Shown one piece after another: positions 49,839 through 60,545 of a DNA stretch of 64,000 bases. This DNA comes from an uncultured Planctomycetaceae bacterium. GTDB taxonomy: Bacteria > Planctomycetota > Planctomycetia > Planctomycetales > Planctomycetaceae. Within the stretch, counting starts at the first letter, position 1. The number at the start of each line of letters is the position of its first letter. The DNA lies in NCBI GenBank assembly GCA_963815195.1, contig CAWFGE010000020.1, positions 64,001-128,000 of the forward strand. Reading direction: 5' to 3'. The notes under the pieces were generated by a model. The model was not told the origin of the DNA, ran no database searches, and saw nothing but the letters and a program-made list of their open reading frames with translations. The position numbers and the translations under genes were made by a program.

Positions 49839-51824
49839 CTATTTGGCCCGCGGGTTTTTCAGGTAATAGAGATAGCCGTCCTCCGCTCCCACGACGAGAT
49901 CGGGGATGCCGTTCTTGTCCCAATCGACCACGGTGGGACTGGTCGTATGCCCCGCGAGGGCCTGCGAACTGAGCGGGCCTTTATCGTGAAAGGACACAAG
50001 TCCCTGCCCGGTTGTCCCGATGTTTTTGAGAAAGTGAACGTTCTCGCTGTTCATAAGAAGATCGGGCCGGCCGTCGCCGTCCCAGTCGGCGATGCAGAAT
50101 TTCCGTCGGCCGCTTTTGCCGGCGATGCCGGTGTTCAACCGCAAGAGCCCGGGCGTTTTGTTTTCGGGTTGATGGCGGTTCGCATACGCCGACGGTCCGT
50201 CGCCTTGAAACAGACGCTTCGGGGGCTTGAGCGGATCGCGGCCGCCCGCGCGTTCCCGCGCAAACAGCACCAGATAGCCTTCGTGGTCCAACATGATTAA
50301 ATCGGTGAGGCCGTCTTTGTTATAGTCCATCGCGAAGGGCGTGGTTCGCCATTGCGTTGCGAGTTCACCCGCCTTGGGATTCCACCAATTCCACGCCGGC
50401 TTGGGCGGAGCCTTCGGCCAGGCGACTTCGATCGGCTTCGCCGGGGCGAGCTTTGGCTCCTTGGGGGTGCCGATGTTTTGAAACCACACGATGCGCCCCC
50501 AGATGGAGTTCACCACAAGATCGGGCAAGTGATCGTGGTTCCAATCCGCCACGCTTAACGTGGTATAGCCCCACTTGGCTTCGCAAGGGCCTTGAATGGA
50601 ACCGTTCGGCCCCGCTTGGATGCGGATGGTTTTCCCGCCGGCTTTCAGGTATCGCGGGGCGGCCCATTTGGGGGGATTCTGGCCGTCGAGGTTTTCGATG
50701 AAGCCGATATATCCGGCCGTGTTGCCGCAGATCAGGTCTTCATCGCCGTCGTTGTCCCAATCAAAGCTCACCGGCGTAACGAGCGCCCCGAACTTGACGT
50801 CCGCCGCCTGTTGCTGGAAGTAGCGCGGCGGCAGAAACTGCGGAAGGCCGTTCTCGATCTTGCCCGTATGCTCGATGAACGCGACCCGCCCGTCTTCGTC
50901 GCCGCAGATGAGATCAACGTCCCCGTCCCGGTCCCAATCGACGGCCGTGGGAGTGATCATTTGCAGATCCATATGGAGCGGAACATTGCCATGCGCAAGC
51001 CGCCGGCCCGCCGAGTATTTGGGATCGGTGCGCGTGCCGCGGTTTTCAAAGTAGGTGAAACCGTCCAGGAACTCGCCGCAGATCAGATCCAAATCGCCGT
51101 CCGCATCGAAATCCGCCAGGTTCGGCGAGGGCATTCCATAGACATCCACCGGCTTTCCGTCCGCCAGGATTTTTATCGCGTCTCGATACTTGGGCTTGTC
51201 GTTCGCTCCCGTATTCAGAAGGCAATAGACATAACCGTGCAGCGGGCCGTTGGTCCATTCGCCTTGGTCGTTATAGGCATTGTCCCAACCGTATTCGGTC
51301 CAATCGCCGATGCCGACGATTAAATCCTCGGCACCGTCGCCGTTATAATCCGCGAGCTTCCATTGATTGGCGCGGATTTTTGCTCCGGAATGGATCTTCC
51401 CGCTGACGGGAATGCGGACTTTCGGTCCGAGTCCTTTCTGGCGAATGTCCTGATATTCATAGTTCGGCGTGAGGATGCGGGGCTTGCCGTTGATGTAGGA
51501 CACCTGCACGTTGGGAATCGCCGGGCCGATTCGCACGCCGGGTTTGAACACGGGCATTTTGGATGTGTCCGGCGTGGAACCGGGGTTCTCAAAAAAGTAG
51601 GTGCCGTTGTGGGGCTTGTCGGGGCAGGAGACGACGAGATCGAGGTCGCCGTCCTGGTCGTAGTCCATCGGCACAGGCCAAGCCCAGAGACCCACCCCCA
51701 AATCCACCACGAGCCCCGGATTGTTATAGGCGATCCGTTGAAACTCGTCCGCGTTTGCGCGTGTTTGCTGGATGCAGAGCATCGCGATTGCGAGCAGAGA
51801 TTTGAAGAGGAAACGACGCATCAT
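49839..51824 (-). CDS. Secreted FG-GAP/VCBS-repeat beta-propeller protein
   Basis: Signal peptide; many D(W/Y/F)DxDGDxDL repeats. Confidence 0.88.
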   Translation of the reverse strand: MMRRFLFKSLLAIAMLCIQQTRANADEFQRIAYNNPGLVVDLGVGLWAWPVPMDYDQDGDLDLVVSCPDKPHNGTYFFENPGSTPDTSKMPVFKPGVRIGPAIPNVQVSYINGKPRILTPNYEYQDIRQKGLGPKVRIPVSGKIHSGAKIRANQWKLADYNGDGAEDLIVGIGDWTEYGWDNAYNDQGEWTNGPLHGYVYCLLNTGANDKPKYRDAIKILADGKPVDVYGMPSPNLADFDADGDLDLICGEFLDGFTYFENRGTRTDPKYSAGRRLAHGNVPLHMDLQMITPTAVDWDRDGDVDLICGDEDGRVAFIEHTGKIENGLPQFLPPRYFQQQAADVKFGALVTPVSFDWDNDGDEDLICGNTAGYIGFIENLDGQNPPKWAAPRYLKAGGKTIRIQAGPNGSIQGPCEAKWGYTTLSVADWNHDHLPDLVVNSIWGRIVWFQNIGTPKEPKLAPAKPIEVAWPKAPPKPAWNWWNPKAGELATQWRTTPFAMDYNKDGLTDLIMLDHEGYLVLFARERAGGRDPLKPPKRLFQGDGPSAYANRHQPENKTPGLLRLNTGIAGKSGRRKFCIADWDGDGRPDLLMNSENVHFLKNIGTTGQGLVSFHDKGPLSSQALAGHTTSPTVVDWDKNGIPDLVVGAEDGYLYYLKNPRAK

Positions 51825-52067
51825 ACCGCCTCTGGCTTTTGTTGTTTCTCAAAGGATTGATCTTCACCGATGACCCATCTTAATGAAGGCTGCCTGAGTT
51901 CTCTATCTTCGCAGCGGATTTTTGTTTCCCCTCGATTTGAATGTGCGATGGCTTGAGATTCCTCTAGTCAATCCTGGAAATTCTGTTAAAGTCCCCCCCC
52001 CTCTCTTCTCTCAAATCGCATCGCCCCCCCCCTCACAAAGATCGATAGAATGGAAGGCTTGAGTGTC

Positions 52068-52580
52068 ATGGAGCGACACACGCTTCGCCGCTGCGCGGTT
52101 GTTTTGGGTTTGTTGAGTGCGGCCGTCTGCGCCGGGAGCTCTATTCAGGCCGCGGAGCCGGCGTCTCAGGCGGCGGCGATTCGCTGGCGGCGGGATTTGC
52201 AGTCGGCCCATCGCGAGGCCTTGCGGCTCGATCGGCCGGTGCTGATCGTGTTCGGAGCGGACTGGTGCGGGTTCTGCAAAAAGCTGGAGAAGGAATCGCT
52301 GGGCCACCCGCAGATCGCGGAGTACATCAACCAGACCTTCGTCCCATTGCATTTAGATTTTGACGAAGCCGAGCGCGAGGCGAAGATTCTGAACGTCACG
52401 TCGATTCCTTCCGTGATGGCTTTGACGCCGCGGGCGGAACTGGTCGGCCGCGTCGACGGGTACGTCGCCCCGCGGGAAATGGCCGAGATGCTCACAAAGG
52501 CCGTTGCGCTCAAAACCCGAATCGAGACGGCCCGCACTCCGCAGACGGCTCAAACCACGCCGGCCGCAAATGCCCGCTAA
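52068..52580 (+). CDS. Exported thioredoxin-family protein
   Basis: Signal peptide; FGADWCGFCKKL. Confidence 0.88.
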   Translation: MERHTLRRCAVVLGLLSAAVCAGSSIQAAEPASQAAAIRWRRDLQSAHREALRLDRPVLIVFGADWCGFCKKLEKESLGHPQIAEYINQTFVPLHLDFDEAEREAKILNVTSIPSVMALTPRAELVGRVDGYVAPREMAEMLTKAVALKTRIETARTPQTAQTTPAANAR

Positions 52581-52668
52581 AGTCCTGCGAAACGGAGGCA
52601 GAGTTGCTATGATCTCATGCAGCCCGTGACGAAACGAAGTGCCTCTTTTGACAGAATCCCAGGACAGC

Positions 52669-53508
52669 ATGGCTTCCTCCGCGCCCCGAAGAGTTCCGCA
52701 TCTGTGCAGTTTTGAGAGCCGGCGGCATGCGGAGATGCGGCAGATGATCGAAAAGCAAGGCGGCGTCGCGACCGTTGCTCCATCCATGCGGGAAGTTCCG
52801 CTCGAAGACAATCACGCGGCGTTCGAGTTCGCGGACGAACTTTTCGCGGGGCGGGTGGATGTGTTGGTGTTCCTCACGGGCGTGGGAGCGCGGGCGTTAT
52901 TGGAAGTGCTCGAAACCCGCTCTTCGCGCGAGTCGGTGTTCACCGCGTGGGAGAAATGCATCGTCGTGGTCCGCGGTCCGAAGCCGCTCGCGGTCATGCG
53001 GGAATGGAACGTCCGCGTAGACCATCGCGTGCCCGAACCGAACACCTGGCACGAATTGCTTAAGACATTGACGGACAACATCGATCTCGCCGGCAAGACC
53101 GTCGCGGTGCAGGAGTATGGCGAGCCGAATCCCGAACTTTACGACGAGCTACAACGCCGCGGTGCGAAGGTCCTGCCGGTGCCGGTTTATCGCTGGGCGT
53201 TCCCCGAAGACACCGGGCCGCTGTTCGCGGCGATTGACGCCATCATTGCCGGCGAGTTTGACGTGCTCTTGTTTACGAGCGCCCATCAAGTCGCCAACCT
53301 CCTCGAAGCCGCGGAGCAACTCGGCAAGAAAGACGCGTGGATGAACGCGGCCCGGGATTGCGGGATCGCCTCCATCGGCCCGACCGCCAGCGAGAAACTC
53401 CAGTCGGTGGGACTTCCGGTGCATGTCGAAGCCTCGCCGCCCAAGATGGGGCAGTTGGTTCGCGTCGCGGTCGCGGAAGGCAAACGCCGGCTGGGGAATG
53501 CGGATTGA
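52669..53508 (+). CDS. hemD: Uroporphyrinogen-III synthase family protein
   Basis: ESRR, FLTGVG, RGPKP, VYRW, FTSAHQ, SIGPTASE. Confidence 0.85.
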   Translation: MASSAPRRVPHLCSFESRRHAEMRQMIEKQGGVATVAPSMREVPLEDNHAAFEFADELFAGRVDVLVFLTGVGARALLEVLETRSSRESVFTAWEKCIVVVRGPKPLAVMREWNVRVDHRVPEPNTWHELLKTLTDNIDLAGKTVAVQEYGEPNPELYDELQRRGAKVLPVPVYRWAFPEDTGPLFAAIDAIIAGEFDVLLFTSAHQVANLLEAAEQLGKKDAWMNAARDCGIASIGPTASEKLQSVGLPVHVEASPPKMGQLVRVAVAEGKRRLGNAD

Positions 53509-55214
53509 TTATCCCTCGCCGTTTTCGTCCAGATGCCGATGAAAGGCTCGGCTCACGCAGCCGTCATGGGCCTGGGCGACCGTCGCGGTAAAGTCGGCCA
53601 GATAGCCTCGATGAAACCGCGGGGCCGGCGGTTGCCAGTCGGCCTTGCGGCGATTGAGTTCCTGTTCTTCCACATGCAATGTGAGTTCGCCTTCGAGCAG
53701 GTCGAAAGAAATCTCGTCGCCGTCTTGGACAAACGCAATCGGCCCGCCGACCGCCGCTTCGGGCGAGCAGTGGACGCCGATGGCCCCGTGCGAAACGCCG
53801 GACACGCGGGTGTCCGAAAGAAACGCCACCTTGCCGTTTAATTCAGGAACGGCAAGCGCCGCGGTCGCGACGAGGACTTCGGGCATGCCCGCGGCGGCCG
53901 GTCCCAGGTTCCGGAGCACGATCACGCTGCCCGGGGCGATTTGCCGCTGTTCGACGGCTTCGACGATTTTGCGGGCGTCATCAAAACACGCCGCCGGTCC
54001 GCGAAAACTCGTCGCCTTCATGCTCGAGACCTTAAACACAATCCCCCGGGCGCCAGGTTTCCGAAGCAGATCTGCATGTCGGCGTAATCTTTGAACGGAG
54101 CCTGCACCGGGGCGATGAGTTCCTGCTCTTCCGGCACGTCCGGAACATCTTGGAAATTCTCTTCCAGAGTCTGACCCGTCACCGTCATGCACGAGCCGTC
54201 CAATACACCCGCTTTGAAGAGATGCTTGAGCAGCAGCGGCGTGCCGCCCAGGTGATGCAGATCGACCATCGTCTGTTTGCCGCGCGGCGCGAAATTGCAA
54301 TACACCGGCGTCTCGCGGACGATGGCTTGAATATCCTTGAGGCTGAACGGCACGCCGGCTTCCCGCGCGAGCGCCAACAGATGCAAAATGCCGTTCGTCG
54401 AACCGCCGATCGCGGCGATCGTGGCGGCGGCGTTTTTGAACGCGGCCCGCGTCAAAATGTCCCGCGGGCGGAGATCGTCGGCCAGGAGTTTCTTTAGCGC
54501 AGCCCCGACGTTTTTGCACTCGGCGGCTTTTTCGGGAGCAATCGCCGGGATGGAACTGCTGTAAGGCAGCATCAGCCCCAAGGCTTCCAGCGCGATGCCC
54601 CAGGTGTTGAACGAGGCCGCGATCCCGCAGCCGCCCGGACCCGGGCAGGCCTTGTGCAAAATGGCGTCGGCGTCCTCGGCGGACATCGCGCCCACGGACG
54701 CCGCGGCTTGCGAATCGTACACGTCGAGAATCGTGATGTCCTTGTTCTGATAGCAGCCGGGCATGATGCTCCCGCCGCTGACGATCAGACCGGGATAGTT
54801 GAGCCGCGCGAGAGCCATCGCAAAACCGGGGCCGTTCTTGTCGCAGTTGTGCAGGCCCACCAACGCGTCGTAGCAGTGGGCGCTGACCACGCACTCGGCG
54901 GCGTTGGCGATCATGTTCCGCGAGGGCAGGCTCGCGTTGCCGCCTTCGTGGCCTTGCGTGATGTTGTCGCTCACGCCGGGCGTGCCGAAGGGAAACCCGA
55001 TCAAGCCCGCGTCCCGGCAGCCCTCGGCGATCTGCTGGCCCAGTTGATACGCGTGCACATTGCACAAGTTGCCCTCCAACAGCGGCACGCCGATGCCCAC
55101 TTGCGGCCGGTCGAAGTCTTCATCGGACAGCCCCAAGCCGTAGTAAAACGCCGTCACGCCCCGCTGCCAGCCGCGTGTCAATTGCCGGCTGTTCCAGTTG
55201 AGTGGCTTGCTCAT
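53509..55214 (-). CDS. ilvD: Dihydroxy-acid dehydratase; frameshift near 54050
   Basis: CNVH, NCDKNGPG, GGSTN, GNLAP, SDTRVSG, HCSPEA. Confidence 0.92.
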
Positions 55215-55391
55215 AAATCTGTGCTCGTTTTCTTTAGATGAGGGAAAGCGACGGCCCATTTGACCGGATCCCGCCCCGGTTGTGCAAGTCTTTCACCAAA
55301 GGGTAGAAGCGCACACCGAAAGAAAAAGATGAGTTTCGCGGACGGACTCGCCCGGCGAAACTCATCTGGGAAAACAACGGCCGCGAAGCGC

Positions 55392-57560
55392 TTACCGCCC
55401 GTGGAAGTGGAGCAAATCGAGAAAATGTTGGGAGCCGAACAACTGCTCCCAGGGGTCGGCCCGGTGCTCCCCGCCTTCGCCGCGATCCACAATGACCGGA
55501 AGGTCCACCTCGTCGGCCACGTCGACCTCATCGTCGCCCTGGCCGGTCTGGATTTCGATCCGCTCGATCTGGCTGAATTGGATCACGAGCCCGTTGACCG
55601 TAACCTCGTTCGGAGTCACGCCGATCACGTCCTCGCCATGCGTGCCCTCGATTCGCAAAACATCGCCGCGGCCGGAACCGCCGTTGACGACGATCCCGCC
55701 GGGAAGCAAGTCGCCGGCGATGGACTCGATCGCGATGTGGTTCGGCGTCCGGTCCGAGCCGTCGAGAATCAACTGCTGGACGGTGCCCAACGATTGGCTG
55801 GCAATCACGCGGCCGTTGTGACCCTCCACGACTTGAAGTTCACCATCGGCGACCCGCACGGTCACATTGGAAGCATGCGAAGCGGCGAGATCGACATAGA
55901 GCACCGACGCGTCGAAGAACACGTTCGGCTGCAGGTCTTGGATGCCCGTGTTTCGCTCGATGACATCGGCCAGGGTTGTGCTTTCCAGTTCCGCGAGTTG
56001 TTCGCCGTGGAAGACGTTTTGATACCAGAAGCGGTCGCCGTCGCGGAGCCGCTCGAACTGGTCGGTGATGATCGTGCTGAACGTTTCGCCCATGCTGGAG
56101 CCGGGCAGGTGGTCTTCCGCCAGGCCTCCGACCCAGAGGTCGATGTCGTCCACGCTGCCGTACATCGATGCCAGCCCCTCGACGACATGCGGATCGGACG
56201 AGACGTCGGAAAAACTCGTCACCCGCGGAAGCCCGATCCATTGCCGGGTGTCGTTGTAGCTGGAAAGGCCGTGATCGCGGCCGCGCTGAATGTTGAGAGC
56301 CGCGAGGTCGAACCCGCCTGCGCCGGGAGGTCCGAACAAGAAGTTCCGCACGTCATCGACGACCTGCGTGTCGATTTCCTGGGCGATCGTGGTCGTCATC
56401 CCGCGAAGCAACGGATCGATGCCGTTGCCCGTCCCTTGGCTGGGATCGTAAATCTCACCGGGATTGAAAAACGCGTTTTGCAGGCTGAGGTTGCCCGCAT
56501 CGATCACATCCCCCTCCGCATCCCGCCGCGAGAGTTCGGACGAAAGCATGCTGTGCCCGAAGCGGTAGGCCGCGGTGGAGAACTCGTTGGCGATATCGGG
56601 ATTCACATCGGGGTCGTAGCCCTGGTAAGGGCCGATCGCGTCGAATCCCAGCAAAGCCGGCAGGTATTCGTTGTAAGTGATGGCCTGGATTTCCGCCCGC
56701 ACGATGGCGCGGGTTTGTTGAAAGATTTGCTCGTCGGTCAGGTTCGGATATTGGGCGGAAATCTCGTCGGCGATGCGGTTGTGCTCGCGCACCCAGAGCG
56801 TGTGCATCGAGGTGAGCGCCACGTTTTCGTTCGCCCGCACATCGCCCGAGAGGAACAATTGGTCCGGGGTTTGGAACGGCTGGCTGGCGTTGGGAAAAAT
56901 GATGTTCCCGCTGTTGTTGCCGTCATTGAAAGGCAGCAAATCGCCGACGCTGGTGTCCTGCATTCTCAGTCGGCCGCCTTCGTGCGATCGCAAAGCATCC
57001 GTCCGGACCGGGTCGGAACCGTAGATCGTCGAACCGTCGATGAAGGCGGTGATCTCGTTGATCTGCTGGCGGACGCCGTTGTCCATCATATAAATCGAGC
57101 GATTGAGACCGATCGTTTGCGAGCCGTCCACATCGAAATACGGATCGCCGGCGGGAACAGAAATCGGCATTGGCTCCGCGGGCGACGCGCCTTCGGTAAG
57201 GTCGATGTCGTGATCGACGAACTGCCCCCACAGCCAGAGGATGTCCGTCAAGTTGCGGTCGTTGGACTTGGGTTCGTGGGCGGTCGCCATCGCATTGCTG
57301 ACGGTCCGGGCGCTCAGACGATCCGAACCGGCCGGCATGCCCGAGTCGTCGGCATAATTCTCCGGGGCCAGCCGCAAAAGCATTTCGTCCGTGCTGCCCC
57401 ACTCCGGATGGTCGAGGTTGTTCCCCATGCCGTCGATGGCCGGGACCTCGCCCGCGAGAAAACCGGGGTTCGTCAACAGTGTACGGGGTTCACAGATTTC
57501 GACTATGGCCGGAAATGGTGGCCTTTGCCGACGGGATTTGGGGGCGCTGGTGAATCGCAT
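55392..57560 (-). CDS. Secreted heme peroxidase of the peroxidase-cyclooxygenase (animal-type) superfamily
   Basis: WGQFVDHD, GDVRANEN, REHNR, YRFGHS, IQRGRDHG; N-terminal EICEPRTLL (LEPR-XLL-like). Confidence 0.9.
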   Translation of the reverse strand: MRFTSAPKSRRQRPPFPAIVEICEPRTLLTNPGFLAGEVPAIDGMGNNLDHPEWGSTDEMLLRLAPENYADDSGMPAGSDRLSARTVSNAMATAHEPKSNDRNLTDILWLWGQFVDHDIDLTEGASPAEPMPISVPAGDPYFDVDGSQTIGLNRSIYMMDNGVRQQINEITAFIDGSTIYGSDPVRTDALRSHEGGRLRMQDTSVGDLLPFNDGNNSGNIIFPNASQPFQTPDQLFLSGDVRANENVALTSMHTLWVREHNRIADEISAQYPNLTDEQIFQQTRAIVRAEIQAITYNEYLPALLGFDAIGPYQGYDPDVNPDIANEFSTAAYRFGHSMLSSELSRRDAEGDVIDAGNLSLQNAFFNPGEIYDPSQGTGNGIDPLLRGMTTTIAQEIDTQVVDDVRNFLFGPPGAGGFDLAALNIQRGRDHGLSSYNDTRQWIGLPRVTSFSDVSSDPHVVEGLASMYGSVDDIDLWVGGLAEDHLPGSSMGETFSTIITDQFERLRDGDRFWYQNVFHGEQLAELESTTLADVIERNTGIQDLQPNVFFDASVLYVDLAASHASNVTVRVADGELQVVEGHNGRVIASQSLGTVQQLILDGSDRTPNHIAIESIAGDLLPGGIVVNGGSGRGDVLRIEGTHGEDVIGVTPNEVTVNGLVIQFSQIERIEIQTGQGDDEVDVADEVDLPVIVDRGEGGEHRADPWEQLFGSQHFLDLLHFHGR

Positions 57561-57795
57561 GGGGACTCCTTATGGAAAATCGGGGCGCTCGATGCGTCGT
57601 GGTCCTCCTAACCTGCGACGTGGAAACTCGGAAAAAACTCAGTATGGATCCAATGAACACCCCCAGATGGCGTTCCGGGAACCCATGAGGGATCATTTTA
57701 CAGCGGCGGCCGAATCGGACAGAATAAAAAAACGCGAAATGTCGCGAAATTCCACTGGAAATTTTTGAGATTCCACGCCAGAAGGGAAATCAGCC

Positions 57796-58827
57796 ATGTC
57801 GGAACAGCAAAGCGGGCAGAAAAGCGAGTCGGGTTTGGATCGGCGGGAGCTGCTGGCTTACTCGGCCGCGTTCGGGTCCGCGTTCCTGGCGGCCCAGGGA
57901 TTGCTGAAGGCCGAAGATTCCCAACCCAAACCGCAGCCCAAACCCCAGGGAAAAACCTATCCCTTCAAAAAATCCATCAACCTCTGGGCGTTTCCGTATC
58001 CCGACCAGATGACGTTAAAGGAAACTTTGCAACTCGCCAAGGACGCCGGGTTCGACGGCGTGGAGCTCAACTACAACCTGGAAGGCGACCTCTCGCCCGA
58101 AGCCAGCGAAGCCGACCTCAAAAACATCCGCAAAATGGCCGACGGCCTCGGGATCGAGATCAGCGGCCTGTGCTCGTTTTTGTTCTGGCCCTATTCCCTG
58201 ACCAGTGGCGACCCCGACCGCCGCAAGAAAGGCCGGGAACTCGCGCGGAAGATGATCGAAGCCGCCGGGACGCTCGGCACCAAGAACCTGCTTGTGGTGC
58301 CGGGGGCGGTTTACATCCCCTGGGCCCCGGAACCCGAACCGGTCCCCAACGATGTCTGCCACCGCCGGGCCACCGAGGCGATTCGCGAAGTGCTCCCGCT
58401 CGCCGAGAAAGCCGGCGTCTCGATCAATATCGAAAACATCTTCGCCAACGGGTTCCTCTTAAGCCCCCGCGAGATGAACGATTTCGTCGACGGCTTTAAG
58501 CACGACTCCGTCGGCGTGCACTTCGACACGGGGAACATCATGCAGTTCCAATTCCCGGAACATTGGATCGCGCAATGCGGCCGGCGGATCCGAAACGTGC
58601 ACCTCAAGGAATACAGCAAACGCGCCGGCACCGCCTTCACGCTCGATTCCTTCCACCCGCTCCTCGACGGCACCACCAACTGGCCCGCGGTCATGGAAGC
58701 CTTCGACAAAATCGGCTACAAGGGCTACCTCACCTTCGAAATCTTCTCCTACAACACCGACTACCCCGAACCCTTGATCTACCACTGCTCGAACGCAATG
58801 GACTACATGCTGGGGCGGAAATCGTGA
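57796..58827 (+). CDS. Sugar-phosphate isomerase/epimerase (TIM-barrel) family protein with Tat-like leader
   Basis: DRRELL; AGFDGVEL; IENI; FDTGN; HLKE; LTFE. Confidence 0.88.
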   Translation: MSEQQSGQKSESGLDRRELLAYSAAFGSAFLAAQGLLKAEDSQPKPQPKPQGKTYPFKKSINLWAFPYPDQMTLKETLQLAKDAGFDGVELNYNLEGDLSPEASEADLKNIRKMADGLGIEISGLCSFLFWPYSLTSGDPDRRKKGRELARKMIEAAGTLGTKNLLVVPGAVYIPWAPEPEPVPNDVCHRRATEAIREVLPLAEKAGVSINIENIFANGFLLSPREMNDFVDGFKHDSVGVHFDTGNIMQFQFPEHWIAQCGRRIRNVHLKEYSKRAGTAFTLDSFHPLLDGTTNWPAVMEAFDKIGYKGYLTFEIFSYNTDYPEPLIYHCSNAMDYMLGRKS

Positions 58828-58844
58828 AAGCGTCGGGCAACATC

Positions 58845-58913
58845 GCAGGGCCGGGTCCGCCGGCCTTTTGTTTCTGGTGACGACGATTTCTCTCGCACCA
58901 ACCGCCGGCACAG
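58845..58913 (-). repeat. Diverged, inverted partial copy of the 146-bp repeat R2
   Basis: gcagggccgggtccgccggccttttg..acgatttctctcgcaccaa..gccggcaca aligns to the reverse complement of R2. Confidence 0.8.
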
Positions 58914-58928
58914 CATGTACGACTGCAC

Positions 58929-59403
58929 TTACTTGGTGAAGAAGCTTTTGATCTCATCGTCTCGCTCCGCCAACTCGCGCAGGCTCTCCTTATCAATTTC
59001 CAACTGCTCGAGGTTGCGGTTCAATTGTTTGATTCGCCATGAGTTTCCATCAGCCGTCGCGAGAAACAGCCCCCCTTTTCCGAGATCATACGATTGCCCG
59101 GCGATGGTCGCTGTTCCCGTTTTGCCGTCGCCGGATTTAACAGCGAACTTCAGAACCGCTCCGTCCGAGCCGACCATTTTCCCCGTGCAGGAAATGCCCT
59201 GCCGATTGCTGCTTGTGCTGCCGCCTCCTCCGTTGGGCAAGTCGCTCCAAAGCACGAAAAGTTTTCCCAGGTGATAAACGGTGCCCTGATCGAAATCGGA
59301 TGGGGAGGGATTGTTCTCGGACCAGGTGACAATGCCGCTCGGACCGCCGACGTCGGGAAGAGAAGCGTCCTCAAATCGTTGAGCCCCGCAACCGATCGCG
59401 GCG
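58929..59403 (-). pseudogene. 5'-truncated lipoprotein gene
   Basis: Frame is open from the R1 boundary (AAIGCGAQRF..LWSDLPN..FFTK*); lipobox-like AIGC is kept but start and signal peptide are missing. Confidence 0.65.
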
Positions 59404-59561
59404 GGGTGGCATGCTCATGGCTCTGCATGAGCATGCGATATGATCAACCTTGGATTACTTGGAATCGAAAGACACGCGACTTCAACCAGTGAAAACACTC
59501 GCCTTGTTGCTTCCTTGACCTTTGGAAGACATGCTCATGCAAAGCCATGAGCATGCCACCC
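59404..59561. repeat. R1: 158-bp REP doublet / MITE-like element (GGGTGGCA ends)
   Basis: 32-bp terminal IR 59404-59435 / 59530-59561 (31/32 match); each arm is itself palindromic. Confidence 0.9.
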
Positions 59562-59562
59562 G

Positions 59563-59670
59563 GCCGTCAACCCGAATGTCTTGAACCGCACGGTCCCAGA
59601 GAGCATGCGTCAACAAATCCTTGATTCAATCTCGACGGCGACCGGCAGAAGGGCTTACTCAGCACAATGA
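59563..59670 (+). pseudogene. 35-codon C-terminal gene remnant (putative toxin tip 1)
   Basis: Open from the R1 right end (AVNPNVLN..AYSAQ*); TGA overlaps the ATG of the next gene (ATGA). Confidence 0.5.
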
Positions 59671-60101
59671 CAATCCACGGATTCACATTACCCGCTCTTC
59701 TTGAGTCGCATCTGAAGTCAGGTGGCCGTAAACTGTCGGAGAGCGAACTAGCCCACCTGAAGGCTCTGTTGACTCACATCGAAAGTCCCCGCCCCAGGCT
59801 TTGGGGTTATGAACAGATCGTGTCTCAGCACAAACTCTGGGGTTCCTCTGCGGCAACACATTACCTGGGAACGGAAGGCAAGGGTTTATTGCCGGGACGG
59901 ATCGACCCGAAACGCATCTTGATTATTGGCGAGGCTGACGAGGACAGTCCGATTGCACTCGACTATCGTACCGATAATCCACGAGTCGTCTATCTTGGTG
60001 GTATCGGGCCTCACTCTGTCTGGATTGAGTTGGCGTCAAGCTACGAAGGACTGCTAGAAAAGCTCGCAGGAGTCCTTGAGAGCCACCAGGACTCACAGTG
60101 A
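59667..60101 (+). CDS. SMI1/KNR4 (SUKH)-like immunity protein
   Basis: LP..L N-terminus; IDPKRILIIGE.DEDSPIALDYR..PRVVYL; WIELASSYE; stop codon lies inside R2. Confidence 0.72.
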   Translation: MTIHGFTLPALLESHLKSGGRKLSESELAHLKALLTHIESPRPRLWGYEQIVSQHKLWGSSAATHYLGTEGKGLLPGRIDPKRILIIGEADEDSPIALDYRTDNPRVVYLGGIGPHSVWIELASSYEGLLEKLAGVLESHQDSQ

Positions 60102-60241
60102 CGTAGGGCCGGCTGTGCCGGCCTTTTCGACGAAGGGAATCATACTTATGCCCAATTGGCGGCTGGGTGTGCCGGCCATTTGGTGCGAGAAAAATCGTTG
60201 TGTCAAAAACAAAAGGCCGGCACAGCCGGCCCTACTCGGCT
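60096..60241 (+). repeat. R2 copy 1: 146-bp GTAG-REP doublet (REPIN-like)
   Basis: CAGTGAC + 25-bp perfect IR gtagggccggctgtgccggcctttt (60103-60127) / 60211-60235 + TCGGCT. Confidence 0.95.
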
Positions 60242-60499
60242 ACAAGATCCGTCATTGAAGCGGCTGCGAGAGGTGGATTCAACATTAATGGAGCGAATAA
60301 CGGAGTAAATCTGTTATTAGCCGTTCATCGTCAGGGCGCACGACATCCAAGATTTAATGCAGCGGTCATGCGGCTTATACGTAACCTCGGTAGACGCAAT
60401 TTGAGCGACGTGGAAACTGCTAGAGCCTCGCAGTCCATCGCGGATCGCCTTCGTCCAGGACTTGAGCGGTTGAATCAGACTTTGCAACCACTAAGATAA
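60242..60499 (+). pseudogene. 5'-truncated AHH (HNH-like) nuclease toxin tip
   Basis: VIEAAARGGFNINGANNGVNL..H.QG.RHPRFN..V pattern; begins at the first base after R2. Confidence 0.7.
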
Positions 60500-60545
60500 T
60501 GGTTTGGCCCTCACTTGATCTGTTGCTATATGTTTTCAGAAAGGT

